DNA of 63,665 nt, counting the filler, from Choristocarpus tenellus KU-1152 (lineage: Eukaryota; Protista; Phaeophyceae): NCBI GenBank assembly GCA_964200185.2. It is 12 parts of 12 records of this genome, joined end to end, with 100 filler letters (N's around TTAATTAATTAA, not from the genome) between each part and the next. Parts side by side here need not be neighbours in the genome. Positions count along the whole stretch, not along the records: positions 21,676 to 32,118 come from CAXNAD020002926.1; positions 32,219 to 36,388 come from CAXNAD020015865.1; positions 36,489 to 41,179 come from CAXNAD020013449.1; 9 more parts are not named here. One strand, written 5' to 3'. This document shows, piece after piece, positions 24,601-37,276 of the stretch (positions are counted from its first letter, which is position 1; each line of letters starts with the position of its first letter). Below the pieces are notes generated by a model. It worked only from the letters and a program-made list of their open reading frames with translations. It was not told the DNA's origin and made no database searches. The position numbers and the translations under genes were made by a program.

Positions 24601-27600
24601 ACCTCTCTTCATATCTATGATTCTAAGTGGGGGAGTAGAAGATGAGCCAACTATAAAAAAAGAGTACCCCGATAGCTGCCAGAACAAGAAACAGCTTTGA
24701 CGAAGTGACCAAAGCCCCTCTCCTACCTGTCCACCCAATGCCACTGATACTAAATTATACTGCCTAACCCTAACCCTAACCCTAACCTACAAATTGCACT
24801 TACTGCGTAAGATTAATGCCACCAAAGTCCAGGCACAAATTGCACACCCCTGCAGCACTACCACAGCCATCACTGGCAGATGATAAGAGCCGTTTTCTTG
24901 TTTGTAATGCCACTCCTGTGCTGTTGGTTACTGCCTCACTCTCTGCTCTCGACTCACAAATTGACCCAAAGCCGGTCCTTGTTTGGAATGGTCTCATCCC
25001 CCTATGGCTGGCACCCTTCGCCTTCCCTTCCTTATCTTTCCTCACCTGGTGAGCATAATGGGCCAGGAGGAGCAGCATTAAAAAAATGGTCTATCAGGCA
25101 ACAAACGTATGTCTGAGGAGAGCAATCAGAGTAGTCAAGTCAGTACAGAGGAGGACGAAAGACCTGAACAAGAAGGAGCAACTGAGTATACAAATGAGAG
25201 TGGGGAAGCGCAGGGGAGGGAGGACAGGTAGTAAAACTATATTTGAGACGTACTTGAGTCCTTTCGTCAATCTTTTTGCGGGTACTGCGACTTTAGTGTA
25301 AGGGCATACAAAGGTGGGTCAATCATTGCCTTGTTTCAAAAGTACACATGGTTTTAGTCAGCTATAAAAATGATGCTAACATCAAACTACATTAAATTAT
25401 GTAGAAGGTATATTTTTGGAGGGAGGATAGTATCCACATCTATCCTCCATGTCCAAGCACATATGGTTGTGCAAGGTATCAAATGAGTCAATTCTAGTTT
25501 ATAAAATGTTTGTTTTTTTTTGGGGGGGGGAGAGCGAACATCAGTATCCACATACATCTATGTTAGCAAACATCTCCTCCAATGCAAGGTCATTGAAGGT
25601 AACTGAAATAGGACAGCAGCGGTGCATACTTGAGGGGTAAGTCCCTGACATACCTTAATCATAGGCCACTCAAACCCCCCCCAAGCCAGCCACTTCTCAA
25701 AGTACGTGTCCTTCACTGCGTGGCGCATATATCCCATCATTGTCCACACCTCTTCTGGAGGAAGGTTCTTGATTATCATGGCAAGGATAGCCTGAAGGAA
25801 ACATATAACCATACCACCAGGGGGGAGAGGGGAGCAGACAACACAGAAAGGCTTTAATATTGCACACTTTCAGAGGGGCCTAACCCTAACCCTAAGGGGG
25901 TTCAAATGGGAGGGCAGAAATACCTGGAAAGAAGAAATGCATGGAGGTTAGTTGCACCGACTTTCAAAGTATTGTGTTGAAAGTATTGTGTTCTTTCCCT
26001 ATGGCCCAGAAATGCAAGTGCAAGAGTGGTGGCACACTCAAAAGTAACCTTTACAACTTGGAAGGATAGTCAATCGGACACCCCACATGTGACATGCCTG
26101 CATGAGTTCAGAGGGCCGCTTCCCCATAATCTTTCCCACCAATGTTTCCATCTCTTGTGGAGTGAAGTAGTGCTTAATCAGTGGTAGGGCGCTCTCTTCT
26201 TCCTGCAAAGGGGGAGGGACAAGTGAAGATTATTGAGGTGAATGAAAGGGGGTGGGATCATCAGGAGATGCAGGGAGAGTGCAAGGATGCATAATTTCAC
26301 ACAGTAGAGACATGCAGTAGAGACAGTGTTACTTCACCACCCCACTACACAGTGAGTATATCAGATGCAACCTAACAGTGAAGCTCGTCCAGAGATTAAA
26401 TGAACTTCCCAAAATAGAAGAATACAAGAATAACCAGGCAGTAAGAACATCCATCTCGCTCTAACCCCAAACCTATCCCCTTGTCAGTGAACAGACTAGC
26501 CTTGTCCAGGTGTGTGAAGAGATGCTCACACATCTCATCCATTTTGTTCTTGAGCCCTTCCAGTAAGCCCATGCGATCAGACAGGTTTTGACGAGAGCTA
26601 CGAAGGTCCTGCATTTTGAAAAGGCAAGTTCAATTTACTCAAATTAAGACCATATGCAGCAATCATTCAATCCACGAGTACTGAGCCCCAGACTATGAAG
26701 GTGGGTGAGTGCACATGCATGGGCAGTGTTCCTGACCCCAATACAGAAAGTATCACCCTATACGATTAGCACACCAGGGAGGGATGTTTGCATGGGAAAA
26801 AAAGTGGATTATAATAACCATAACCACAACCATAACCCCAAACCAAGCACAGAGTACAGTCAGTTGTGAAGAAATAGCACAGAAGCAACAGGCTGAAGCC
26901 CACGCCTACACATTGTGCCCTCTGCTATAGAAAGGCGAAGCGCTCTAACTTCAACACTATGAAATAGAGTTAACTGGACAAAAAAACAAGGGCCTTTCAG
27001 CTGCCCCACTCAGCCTCTGGAAAGATTGACCATGTCTCTTGCTATGCCACAATCTCCAAAGCGCTGTCCCCCTTGCCCCTCAATCTAGCAGGTTCTCACC
27101 GTAAACAACTCTTGCATGCCCTCAAACAAGCGTTGCTCCTGTGAGTGTTCTTCAGTGTATTCTTGCTCATCAATGATAAGGCCCATTGCAACTCCTCCAC
27201 CCTCACCACTGCCATCGTCACTGCCAATACCTGGTATACCACCTTCATCATGGCCACCCCCATCCCTAAATTCCACCCTGACCCTCCCAACGCCTTTGTC
27301 TCCATCTGCACCTGTCCCTTTCCCTGAAGCATTCACTGATTGTGCAGTGGTCATCAGCTGTCCTAAATAATCCACACCACTTGTCTGAGACTTGGTTGAG
27401 GTAACCTTGTCATCACTGCCATTGTGGTTGATGAGCTGGAGCTGAACAAGTATTTCCACACAAACATGGAAGCATTGCAAGATAAGATAAGATAAGATAG
27501 ATATACACATGGTACATGTAGTGTCGAATCATTGCAGAGTAAGGTCTGGACACTCAAACAATGCACTTATAAAATCACATGGTGAAGCTACACACAACAT

Positions 27601-28921
27601 TCCGTCCACAAGGATACGGTTACAGTCAGCATGGTTGCAGACCAACCATTTTGGTCAAGGAGTATTGTACCCTATAGTACTTGAGAAAGGTTGAGCAACA
27701 CAGTTAGATTCTTGAGTCAACCCTCAAATGGGATACAACCTGAAGATGACCAGCAGGGACGCTGAAAGCAAAATATGATGGACTGAGGAGAGATGGCACC
27801 TCTCAAGGGGAAAACAGCGGAAGAACGGCATCATTTTCCCTCACTATCTCTTCATTGCAAGTGTCAGGAAAAATCATTACATGGTGTTGCATGGTTATCA
27901 TCACGATACAAGTGCCGCTCAATTGACTTACACCTATGTCAATTTATTCTCAATTAACTTACACTTGGTTGCAACTATGCGTAACTCAAGATCATAAAAT
28001 AGCGCGCTTCTATGAGTATGTCCACTAAGAAGGTCACCGGTGAAATCACTGCTTGATCAGAGGTCGACCCCACAGCCACTTCTTACGCTTGTTTTTCATT
28101 GGGAAGGAGTTCGTAAGTTGCATCTCACTCCAGTAATGCACATTGTACGGGACAAATCAGTCTTCAAATCAGTCGCTAGAAGTCCTCCGGGTCATAGTCT
28201 GCCACCTACATATAATACCCTGTCTCGCTCTCTCCCTGCATTCCGCCACTTCTTGAAGCTGTTACTCGACCCCCAAAAAATAGGCGCATACCCTGTCATC
28301 TGCCTGCACGATTGCTCAGTCCCCAATGCAATACGTCAACAACAAGAGCGTACTTGTCCAGCATCGCCAAAGATTTTAATCACACCTTGCCACCGCTGGA
28401 TCTGGCCTTCTCCTTGAGGGCGGGCCAAATCGTCTCGTCCTCGGCAGTTGAGTGACTCTGGAACACCGCCCACAACAGCTGAAACTGACTTTGTACCTGT
28501 ATCTCGAGGGCGATATGCTCGTGGGGGGGGGCGACCTTGCCCCCTTTCCCCTCTACGCCCTGATTTCGAACTGAGAGCATCTGGTCATGTAGCACCCTCA
28601 GGTTGGACTGAAGGGAGCGCAGTTCCCCACGAAGACACTCTAGGCGTGGTGATATTATACAAGAAGAATGGACCGAGAACGTAAGCATCTACGGGCTTTA
28701 AAGCGAGCACGAAGGTGAAATTATGGTATTCGAGACCAGGCTGCATCTAGGTTGGATTCACAGGGAATCGAAAAGTTGACAGGTCCCACATTTGAATCTT
28801 CAAGTCACAGAGGAGCAAGTTACGTACCGTGGAAGTGGACTATCTCGATCAATGGGCAATCCTCGAATTTTTGCTTAGCGAAAGACCTTGTAAACAATGT
28901 GGAGGGGATAAGCAGACCCAT
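21676..28921 (-). CDS. Hemerythrin (HHE)-domain protein, BRUTUS/BTS-like; partial, expected CHY/RING C-terminus not on this contig
   Basis: Exons 28921-28828, 28639-28386, 27441-27100, 26608-26501, 26202-26098, 25791-25654, 25045-24804, ~24347-24217 (uncertain), 23462-23407, 22750-22697, and probably ~21940-21676. Motifs IVHFHECLRGEL, HSTAEDETIWPAL, EEHSQEQRLF, HLDKEEESALPL, AVKDTYFEKWL, LTQAEFEAAVK...KNDLVQ. Confidence 0.82.
24763..24787 (+). repeat. Interstitial telomere-type (CCCTAA)n
   Basis: About 4 units; shorter runs near 22638, 25878, 29659 and 61309. Confidence 0.6.
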
Positions 28922-31900
28922 CGTTGGATCAAGGGCGGTTGCGTTAATGGGTTGATGTACATGAAGAATCAAGACTTTGAGCTCAAAGAACAAAACCACA
29001 CTTAATGAGAGAAGGGCAGAACCACAGCCCACAACAATCTCTTTGTAACTTACGCACTATTAACCAGAAGTGTGGCACTATTGGATAGAAGCACACGCCC
29101 AATAAAAGAATAGCACCTCCATTAGAAGTACACACACAATATCCTTTACACAAAACGTAAATCGGGGTTTGACCAAGAACTTACTTGTACTGTAAGACTT
29201 GGTCCTCTTCCATGGACACCGGTACCCCCACAGCATTTTCCATTACATAGCCTCCTTGTCATGCGTTATTGCTTATAATTTGGTGTGATACCTCCCCTCC
29301 AACTTACTACTTTAATTTCATACTATAACAACCTTCTTTACATTTGGTCCACTACCTGCTCTGGGGCGTCACAAGATTACCCAGAGCCGAAGGTTTCGAA
29401 CATAAATCTAGAAATGGGTAACACACAAATCAAAGTGGAAATTAGTGAGTGAACAAAGTTATGGATAAAGCAGCTAGATCCTACTTCACCCCTCACCCCA
29501 TAAAGGTTGTTTCATCCTTACGGAGGACCACCTCACCAATTTGTCAAGGTCTCACAATGGTATTGAAGTGATGTTGCAAAGTATACAAAGGCGTTTTTTA
29601 ATATAGATAGGGTCTTGTTTTAACCCCTAATAGAAATGTGTGGAGTCCCTTACAATAGCCCTAACCCTAACAGTAGTATTGAATGTAGAAGTATTTTCAT
29701 TTATTTACGAAGGTGCATTGTAGGATATTTTGTGCATTGCCCAGGTGCCCTCAAACTTCAAAAAAAGTATCTCATTTGGTACAGGCGAATAGCGCGAGTA
29801 TTTCTTCCCGCGCTTTAACCGGCGCGAGCAGTGTACGCGCGTGGGGAACCCCAAAAAGGGGGAACTCCGATTTTCTAAAAAGTTGCCGAATAAAATCTGT
29901 AACTCGGGAAAGTCGCAAGGGTTCTCAGATATATTCCAATGTCTGTAAACCAAGGAAGCCCCAACGATAAATGATAAGAGATCCTAAAAACGGCTCCAAA
30001 CAGCTCAGTTCTTCTGACCTAGAAACCACACCTATAGCTCTCTCTATCTGATATCGAAAACATACATCTTTCTTATGCTGATTGATTTATTTGAGATTAC
30101 CCCTGTTCTGCTGAGCTGACGTTCGTTAATCTGTGAATTGGAGCTACCCATCCTGTGGAGGTAAGTTTCTGGAGCCTGCCTATAACACATTCACTCTCTT
30201 TTCTTGTGGGGCTTTCTGCGTTCACACCATAGTCAGCCAGAGGGCAGGAACACAGCAACTTGAGAACTATCAACCTTCTCTGCTGGGGTCATACATGTCG
30301 CACATGTTCTTCTTGGATCTGTGATCATACAGTTACCTGCTGTGTGAGCCAGAATCTTCCACCTGCCTCTTCTTCATTCGTCGTTTGAGTTGTTGGTCTG
30401 GAGAGGGCCTTGATTATCACCCTATCTCTGCGCCACCAGGGGAATCACATCAATTTCCCCTCACACTGGCAACACCAACAAATATTTTGTTAGGCCTTTG
30501 AATCGCACAACTTGCACCTTTCCCCACCCCCCCACTTGGTATTTCACTTCCAACTTGCTCGGGCACAGTTATAGACAATTGAGTTATTGCAAAGTCAGGT
30601 CACTTTATTTATTTAGTGCATACATACATCGCCACAAGCATTGTGCCTGTCATTCTGCATTTGGTTGCCTGCTTCCATCATCTATCGTTCCTATTTTCGT
30701 TTAGGCATAGGAGGAGTAGGTCACTCGGATTCTTGATTTATTGAGACACCCATCTTCGCATCAGACTTTTTGTTGAGCCCTCAGGGTGAATACCATCAAA
30801 GAGGGGGGTGTCCAGTTTTGAAGGCCCCTATGATTTCCTTGTGATATATGTGCTTTGAGTACTGTAGGGGCTACTTTCAGGTAACAATAAGTGTTGACGG
30901 CTGGTCTTGAACAGCTACACCCTCCTAGAGGGGATCAACCATAAAATACCTTGGGCATAGTGTATATCACACAAAGTTCAAAAAGGCGTTGAAGCTCAAA
31001 AGGGAAAAAACTGCCTCCTCTCTTAGATGCATTTATTCCTTACTTTTATTGCATTAACCCTGTTCCTGCTCCTCAGTTGGCTTCCATTCCCAAATTTGCT
31101 ACATTTCAACACTATGTGACCTTGATAATAATGGAATTGTTCCTGGCTGTGCTGGGGTGTCAGGAGATTGCCCAGATCCAGCCCATGGGTTCACATAGCA
31201 ACATAGTATTTTCACGTATTTTTGGTGTGGTTTCTGTGCCCTTTTTTGACATGGCTCAAGCTCTTGCAAAACGAAGTTCTCTGTTTTCACACCAGAGTCA
31301 CCAAAGCTATCAAAAAGGCTTTATTTTACATACCACACTCTCGTGGATTTATTTTGATCGCGCAATTATTGTGCGAGGCAGCATTTTACAACTGATCCTC
31401 TTCTTCATGTATTTTTATGAATATTTTGTTTGTTTTCTGTAGGAGATTTTTCCTCAGAGGGAGCCTGGCCCACAATTTCGCTCAGGACTGTCCAGAATTA
31501 TTCCTTTTACGCTCTTTTCCCCTCTGCTTTCTAGTATGCTGATCCTCGATTAACTCGTTTGCCAACCCTTTCAGTCTAGACTCGGTTGTAATACAACCTA
31601 CAACAAATGCGCCCGCGTTGGATACACCTTATCAGCAGAATCTGAACCTTCATCAGTTGGTTGCCTATGTACTCACAGTCAGGGTTTCTTTGCTGGGTAC
31701 GCGACTTCTTCACTGCCCGAACAAAACAATTTCTTCCTGTGCCATCGTTGTTTCAATACAATAGACTACACATCCACTGCTTTTATTTTGTGAAGGGCAC
31801 CTCGCCTTATCTCCTGAAGTCAACTACATGACATCCAACAGATGCAACTCATTGCAGTAGGGTATTCAACGTATTGGATTCTGAGATATTCACTCATCCC

Positions 31901-32369
31901 TGTTCGTAGATAGTGCTGCTGATACACTATAGACACCATCGGTGGAGTAGATTAGGAAAGATATATACCACCAGTGGGATAATGGAATAATGGAGTAATG
32001 AGGGACAGATAAATGTTTCGGTGTATCTTAGTTGAAGTCTGCACTAACCATATATGATGCAGTGACTGTATTCTTTTCTGATTATCCATGTGGACGTTGC
32101 AAATCCCACATGGTAGGCNNNNNNNNNNNNNNNNNNNNNNNNNNNNNNNNNNNNNNNNNNNNTTAATTAATTAANNNNNNNNNNNNNNNNNNNNNNNNNN
32201 NNNNNNNNNNNNNNNNNNCCCTATCCCAAAGAAGCAGTCTTTCAGTGATTTGAAAAGATCCAGTTCACTTCATCACTGTTGATAGTACAACGCACTTCAT
32301 CACTGTTGATAGTACAACATGAACGTTAGTTACCGGATTAACCCTTTTCTAGGTACAGCAACAAAAATA

Positions 32370-32400
<31 letters not shown>

Positions 32401-32994
32401 ACATAGATGTAGGTCACAAGTGTCTAAAATAGTTACATGATATCACTTTTCAACTTACATAATCAATGCGTCAACGGCAAGGGCTTTTTATCAGCATGGC
32501 CGGGGTTCAGAGTTAGGGTTCAGACCATGGTTACAGGCTGGTCCGTGCCCTGGACAAGTTGAAACAGTTGAAACAGTTGATGGCCATGGACCAACCCTAT
32601 TCAGAACATGTTGGCACCGGGCCAGCCTCTAGCCCTGGCCATGTCCAAACAGTGGGACAGCCACAAAACAAACAAAAAAGCATTTCTTAAACCTCAACCC
32701 CCCCTCCCCCCCGCCTGATCAAGTTAAGAGAGAGACCACGCCGGCTCGATCAAAACATACGTCCCAAAACGTTCCAAACGCACGTGAGGATATAAAAAAA
32801 TATATATATTTCCCATGTTCTTTCCGCGCCCACCGTAACTCCTTAAAAGCCATCACAATAAAAATAGAAAAAAAAAATCCAATTGAATCGCTCTTCGTAC
32901 CACCAGACATTTTGACCTCGCGACAGACTGGACCGCGGCTTGGTCCAGATAAAACCTCTTGACGGTCCTGGTCCAGGCGCGTCAGGAGATACCC

Positions 32995-33130
32995 GAACCG
33001 GTTCGGTTGCCGGTCCGATCACCGGTCCGGTCACTGGTCCGGTCACTGGTCCGGTTACTGGTCCGATCACCGGTTCGGTCACTGGTCCGGTCACTGGTCC
33101 GGTTACCGGTCCGATCATCGGTCCGGTCCG
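32995..33130. repeat. 12-bp GC-rich minisatellite ACYGGTCCGGTC, about 11 copies
   Basis: Visible tandem units; explains the spurious GPVT-repeat ORFs. Confidence 0.9.
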
Positions 33131-33354
33131 CGGGTTGGTACCTTCGCACTAGGGCCGCCCGAACCGCTGAAAATTCCTGATGTTTACCGCCTAAGTCGTC
33201 TTGTACTGCAGAGGGTCATACTACCCCCTGTTATCATGCACATTGACTGCGATGTGCGCACGCACTCTCCAAGATGCAAACACACATTCTAACCAAGGTA
33301 ACACATTTGCAATCGCTTTGTAAGAGCACCTACTAAACCAATCCGTGATTTTAC

Positions 33355-35605
33355 CTTGAGAGGGAGCGCCCTGGCCATGTTCCTACTGTAGTAGCCCCTC
33401 TCCAAGAACAGGGAGTAGTAGTCAACTCCCCAGCCCCCCGCAACCAAGGTATGCATGCTCCCGTGGGGTTTGTACTGGATCTGCTTACCGAAGTTTTCCC
33501 AGTCTGTCAGCTGCATTTGGTCGTAGTGCATCTCACATGTGGGCACCTGGATAAGACACGTTCCCATTTCCACATGCAAAAAAAATTAATCCAGAACAAC
33601 AGTTAGTGCACACAGTCAAGTCAGCACAGGAAACTTTCTGGAAACAGGTCAATGATGGATATAGGTAGCAGTTCTTGTCAAAACCAGGGAGGGGGGGTGG
33701 GGGGTCTGGCGAGTAGAACTTAAGTTTTGAATTTCGAGTTTTGGGTCAATAAGGCGAATCAAGGAAAAAGCATCAACTCTAAGCCATTCTTAGCAGGAAT
33801 ACCACTCAAACCAAAAAATGAAGGCATAGAACTGAAGTTCAAGCAGTGGATTGGAATAATGTCTCCTCCATGCCTAATCTATTTTTTGTTCACTTTTCCA
33901 TTTGTTGTATACTTAGTATACAATACTACCTTTCAACTGCCGGTTTGGGACCCCGCACACTTAGGTGAAAAAAAGAAAATACCACCACTACACCCCCCTC
34001 CCCCCAAAAACTCCACGACCTGAAACTCACCTTGTCAAAGTCTGCCCCAAACATTGTTTTACATCTAGTGAGGTACGGGACAGGGTTCTGATTCCATGGG
34101 GAGCGGATCAACCCGTAACCATTCGTTACAGTTGCAGCATCCCCAGGCCAGGCCTTGGGGGTCACAGGTAGGTAAGCCCATCGCCCCTCTGTGATGACAT
34201 GGTCGTCTCCCATTGAGCTGACTTTGCTCTCCATGTTGCCAGATATCACACCACCATCACCATCGCTATTTTCCATCGGATGTGGGAACCCACCCAAGAT
34301 ATCTGGAGCAAAGACCTCCGACTTGTAGAACTCATCGATGGACCCACTGGCCTCCACGCGCGCAGACTCTATGGTGTAGTCCCAGTAGGGGATTGAAACA
34401 CTGGGGTTCACCGCCTGGAGAGATCGCTCAAACTGTAGTGACAAAGCGGTGTGGATGGTGAGGAAACCCACGCCATCGTGTGCATGATCGCACTGCCTTC
34501 CGCCTGCCAGTTCATTGTGTGCAGCCACAAAGTCAAAGGCATCACGATAATCTTCGCCAAACCTAGCCCGACCCCCATCAACCCCTTCGGCAGGAAGACG
34601 GTAAAGAGTCTCCATAGCATCAAGAAAAGCGGTACGATCCTCTTCGTCCAGCGTACGTATTTCCCTCCGCACGTATTTCGTCACCACTGACCCCCGAACT
34701 GTCCGAGACGTCAGCCCAGATGCATCCACTTCAAGCAGTTCGATATTTGTCAGCTTGTTGACTTCCGTGAATGTTACGCTAACCGTTGATCCGTGATATT
34801 TCACGTCACCGATCATCCACTCGTACCTTATATTCTGCTTCTCAGCGTCGGCAAGGTCGGCGCCAAGAACTACGAAGGTTGTGGCGCGGTAGGGTTCTAC
34901 TACCTGGGGTCGTAGATGGAGAGTAGAGGCAACAGTTAAAGAGACAGATTCAGGTTCGGGTTGGGCTTAACGCACTGAGAGCTCCTTCCGAATATATCAT
35001 GATAGGAACGCTGAACCGAGACAAGTCGGGATGGAGACAATACAAGAGGGTGAACCGTCCCATTCAACATTTCCAATGATAAAAAAGAGCTCAATCACGA
35101 AAAAGGAGCACAATACCAACTTCGTTTTTGTTCACGGTGCTGTCGTTTACTTGTTGGGTCGGGTGCTAACCTGCGGTTGTTCCCGTCCCTCCACATTGGA
35201 CAGGGCGTTGTTATACTGAACTCCTGGGGGAGTTTGACCAAGCTCCAACGTGTATTTGTTACCGGCAAAGAAGCTTAGCCTACTGGCGTCCAGATTGGAG
35301 GCAACACTAGGAATCCCCACCCTTACAGCTTGGGTTGCTGCAATAGCCAAGACAGTAGGAGATTGGCCACCTGTGTTGGTTGGAGCACCAGGATTGGAGA
35401 GAAATCGAGAAATCCCCAAAAGCGACCACACAGCTGCACCGATTGCTGCAAACTGTAATAATCCGGTGCGACATCCCAATCTCCAGAACCCATGCCAGTT
35501 GCCCCGTCGACTACGTAGCCAATCCTCTCCTGGATTCGACGCTAGGGGAGGAACATCTACACCCCCAACCTCCAGGCTTCCATAGGTTGCCATACCCCGG
35601 TCCAT
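33355..35605 (-). CDS. Tyrosinase (type-3 copper) domain protein with N-terminal transmembrane segment; 3' partial
   Basis: Exons 35605-35171, 34903-34031, 33546-33355, all phase 0 and GT-AG. Motifs KYVRREIRTL, CuA H...CDHAHDGVGFLTIH, IPYWDYT, YGLIRSPWN, CuB PHGSMHTLVAG. Confidence 0.92.
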
Positions 35606-37276
35606 ATATATATACAGTTAGATCTCTTTCTAAGCCATGCACGATATCTTAACTTTGAAAGAACAAGCCCAGTAAGGTGAGACCATATGTCTTTGGAAAG
35701 TGTACACAAACAATCCCCAGACCACTATGACAATCAGAGATAGAGAACAGAAGGCATGTTGTTGTCAGTTGTTGGTATCATGTCCATCCTTTTCAAGATG
35801 AAAATCACAAAAACAAGGGACACCTCCTGATTGGTTCATCATTATTTATACCTATCAGTTACTATCATCCCTCAATACATATTTAGAATTGGAAGAAATA
35901 ATATTTTGTGTAGGGTATGATCACTGAATCCGTGATGATTTGACAGATTGTAATTGGTTGATGATTTGGTCGTGTTGGAGAAGATTTCAACAAACTTCCC
36001 CTTCTGAGGGAAAAAGCAAAACAATATCGCAAGGAATCCTATATATATATATATGGCTCCAACGAAGAAAATGGGATGGGATGTAATAATTACTCCATAT
36101 ATATAAAATAGAATATATAATGAAAGGTTACAATTATAAATTTTCGATTTTCGATGATGGGGAACTTTTACTGAGACAAAGGTCTCCCTCCTTAATGTTG
36201 CATTTACAGAAGTGGAAGCAGCCTCCCATCTACCCCACTCATCCACCAGCGATGGTGTAGCTGCAACTGAGGTGCGAAAGCATACCCACTACTACATTCT
36301 TATGACCCTCGCAGTTAGCTTCAATACCTTACCCGTGAAAAATTTCAGGCGCCTCGATAAGGGTCAAAGTATCTGGGGGGGGGGGTGTNNNNNNNNNNNN
36401 NNNNNNNNNNNNNNNNNNNNNNNNNNNNNNNNTTAATTAATTAANNNNNNNNNNNNNNNNNNNNNNNNNNNNNNNNNNNNNNNNNNNNATAATAAGGAGA
36501 ATATCACAGTGCACTGCACAGTGGAGGGGGGGGGGGGGGGGGGAGGGGGTGTTAAAGAGGTGATGACTCGGCCATTCTCTTCACCCCAGTATTTGTCATC
36601 TAACCCCTTGCACCAAAATAGCCACAGCCAAAACACATTTCTGTGTCCAATCTAGGAATAGTTTCCAATGATACCACAAGGTCAGGATAGAAAAGCAAAC
36701 AGAATTTAACACACTAGGCAATGCTATTCCCCCCCCAGCCACCCCCACTCCAATCCCATCGCATGTCACACTCTCTTGTGTACTCTCCTCCTTCCCATTG
36801 ATACATGACTAGTCAAGTATTTCCTCAACTATAGCATCTTCCGTTCTGTTCAATGGTCATGGCCATAATTGTTTCACAAGTCGATGTTTCATTGCCCCCT
36901 CTTCCAATTTTTCCACACCAGATTGGGGTTTGCTACAGTTTGAAACTGGCAACCAAAGCAAAAGCTGATACACGCCAAAGAGAAGGACATGATCCAGGGT
37001 CTCTTATCCTTCGTTCGAATTTTGTTGCCCAAACTTACACAACCTAGAAATCTTGTAGAGGGGCTTTAGGATCAATAAATTTCATGACACAGGCAAGAAC
37101 AGCAATGCATTATCCAGATCGCTCTACAGGCGATTCTATTGGTGGGGGATTGCTGCTAACTCCCATCCACCTCTTAAGCCCCCACAGAAATCTACTTGCG
37201 TTCATCTTAACTTGACCAAAGCCCTCCCACCCCCTTAATCCATGCACTTCTCTTGCATGTGGTGACATTACTTCAC

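Noticed and set aside
25654-25791. SKP1-like reading of IKNLPPEEV
   Set aside because: The context and phase continuity fit the hemerythrin/BRUTUS-like gene.
32843-33180. GPVT / RSLV repeat ORFs
   Set aside because: Translation artefacts of a 12-bp minisatellite.
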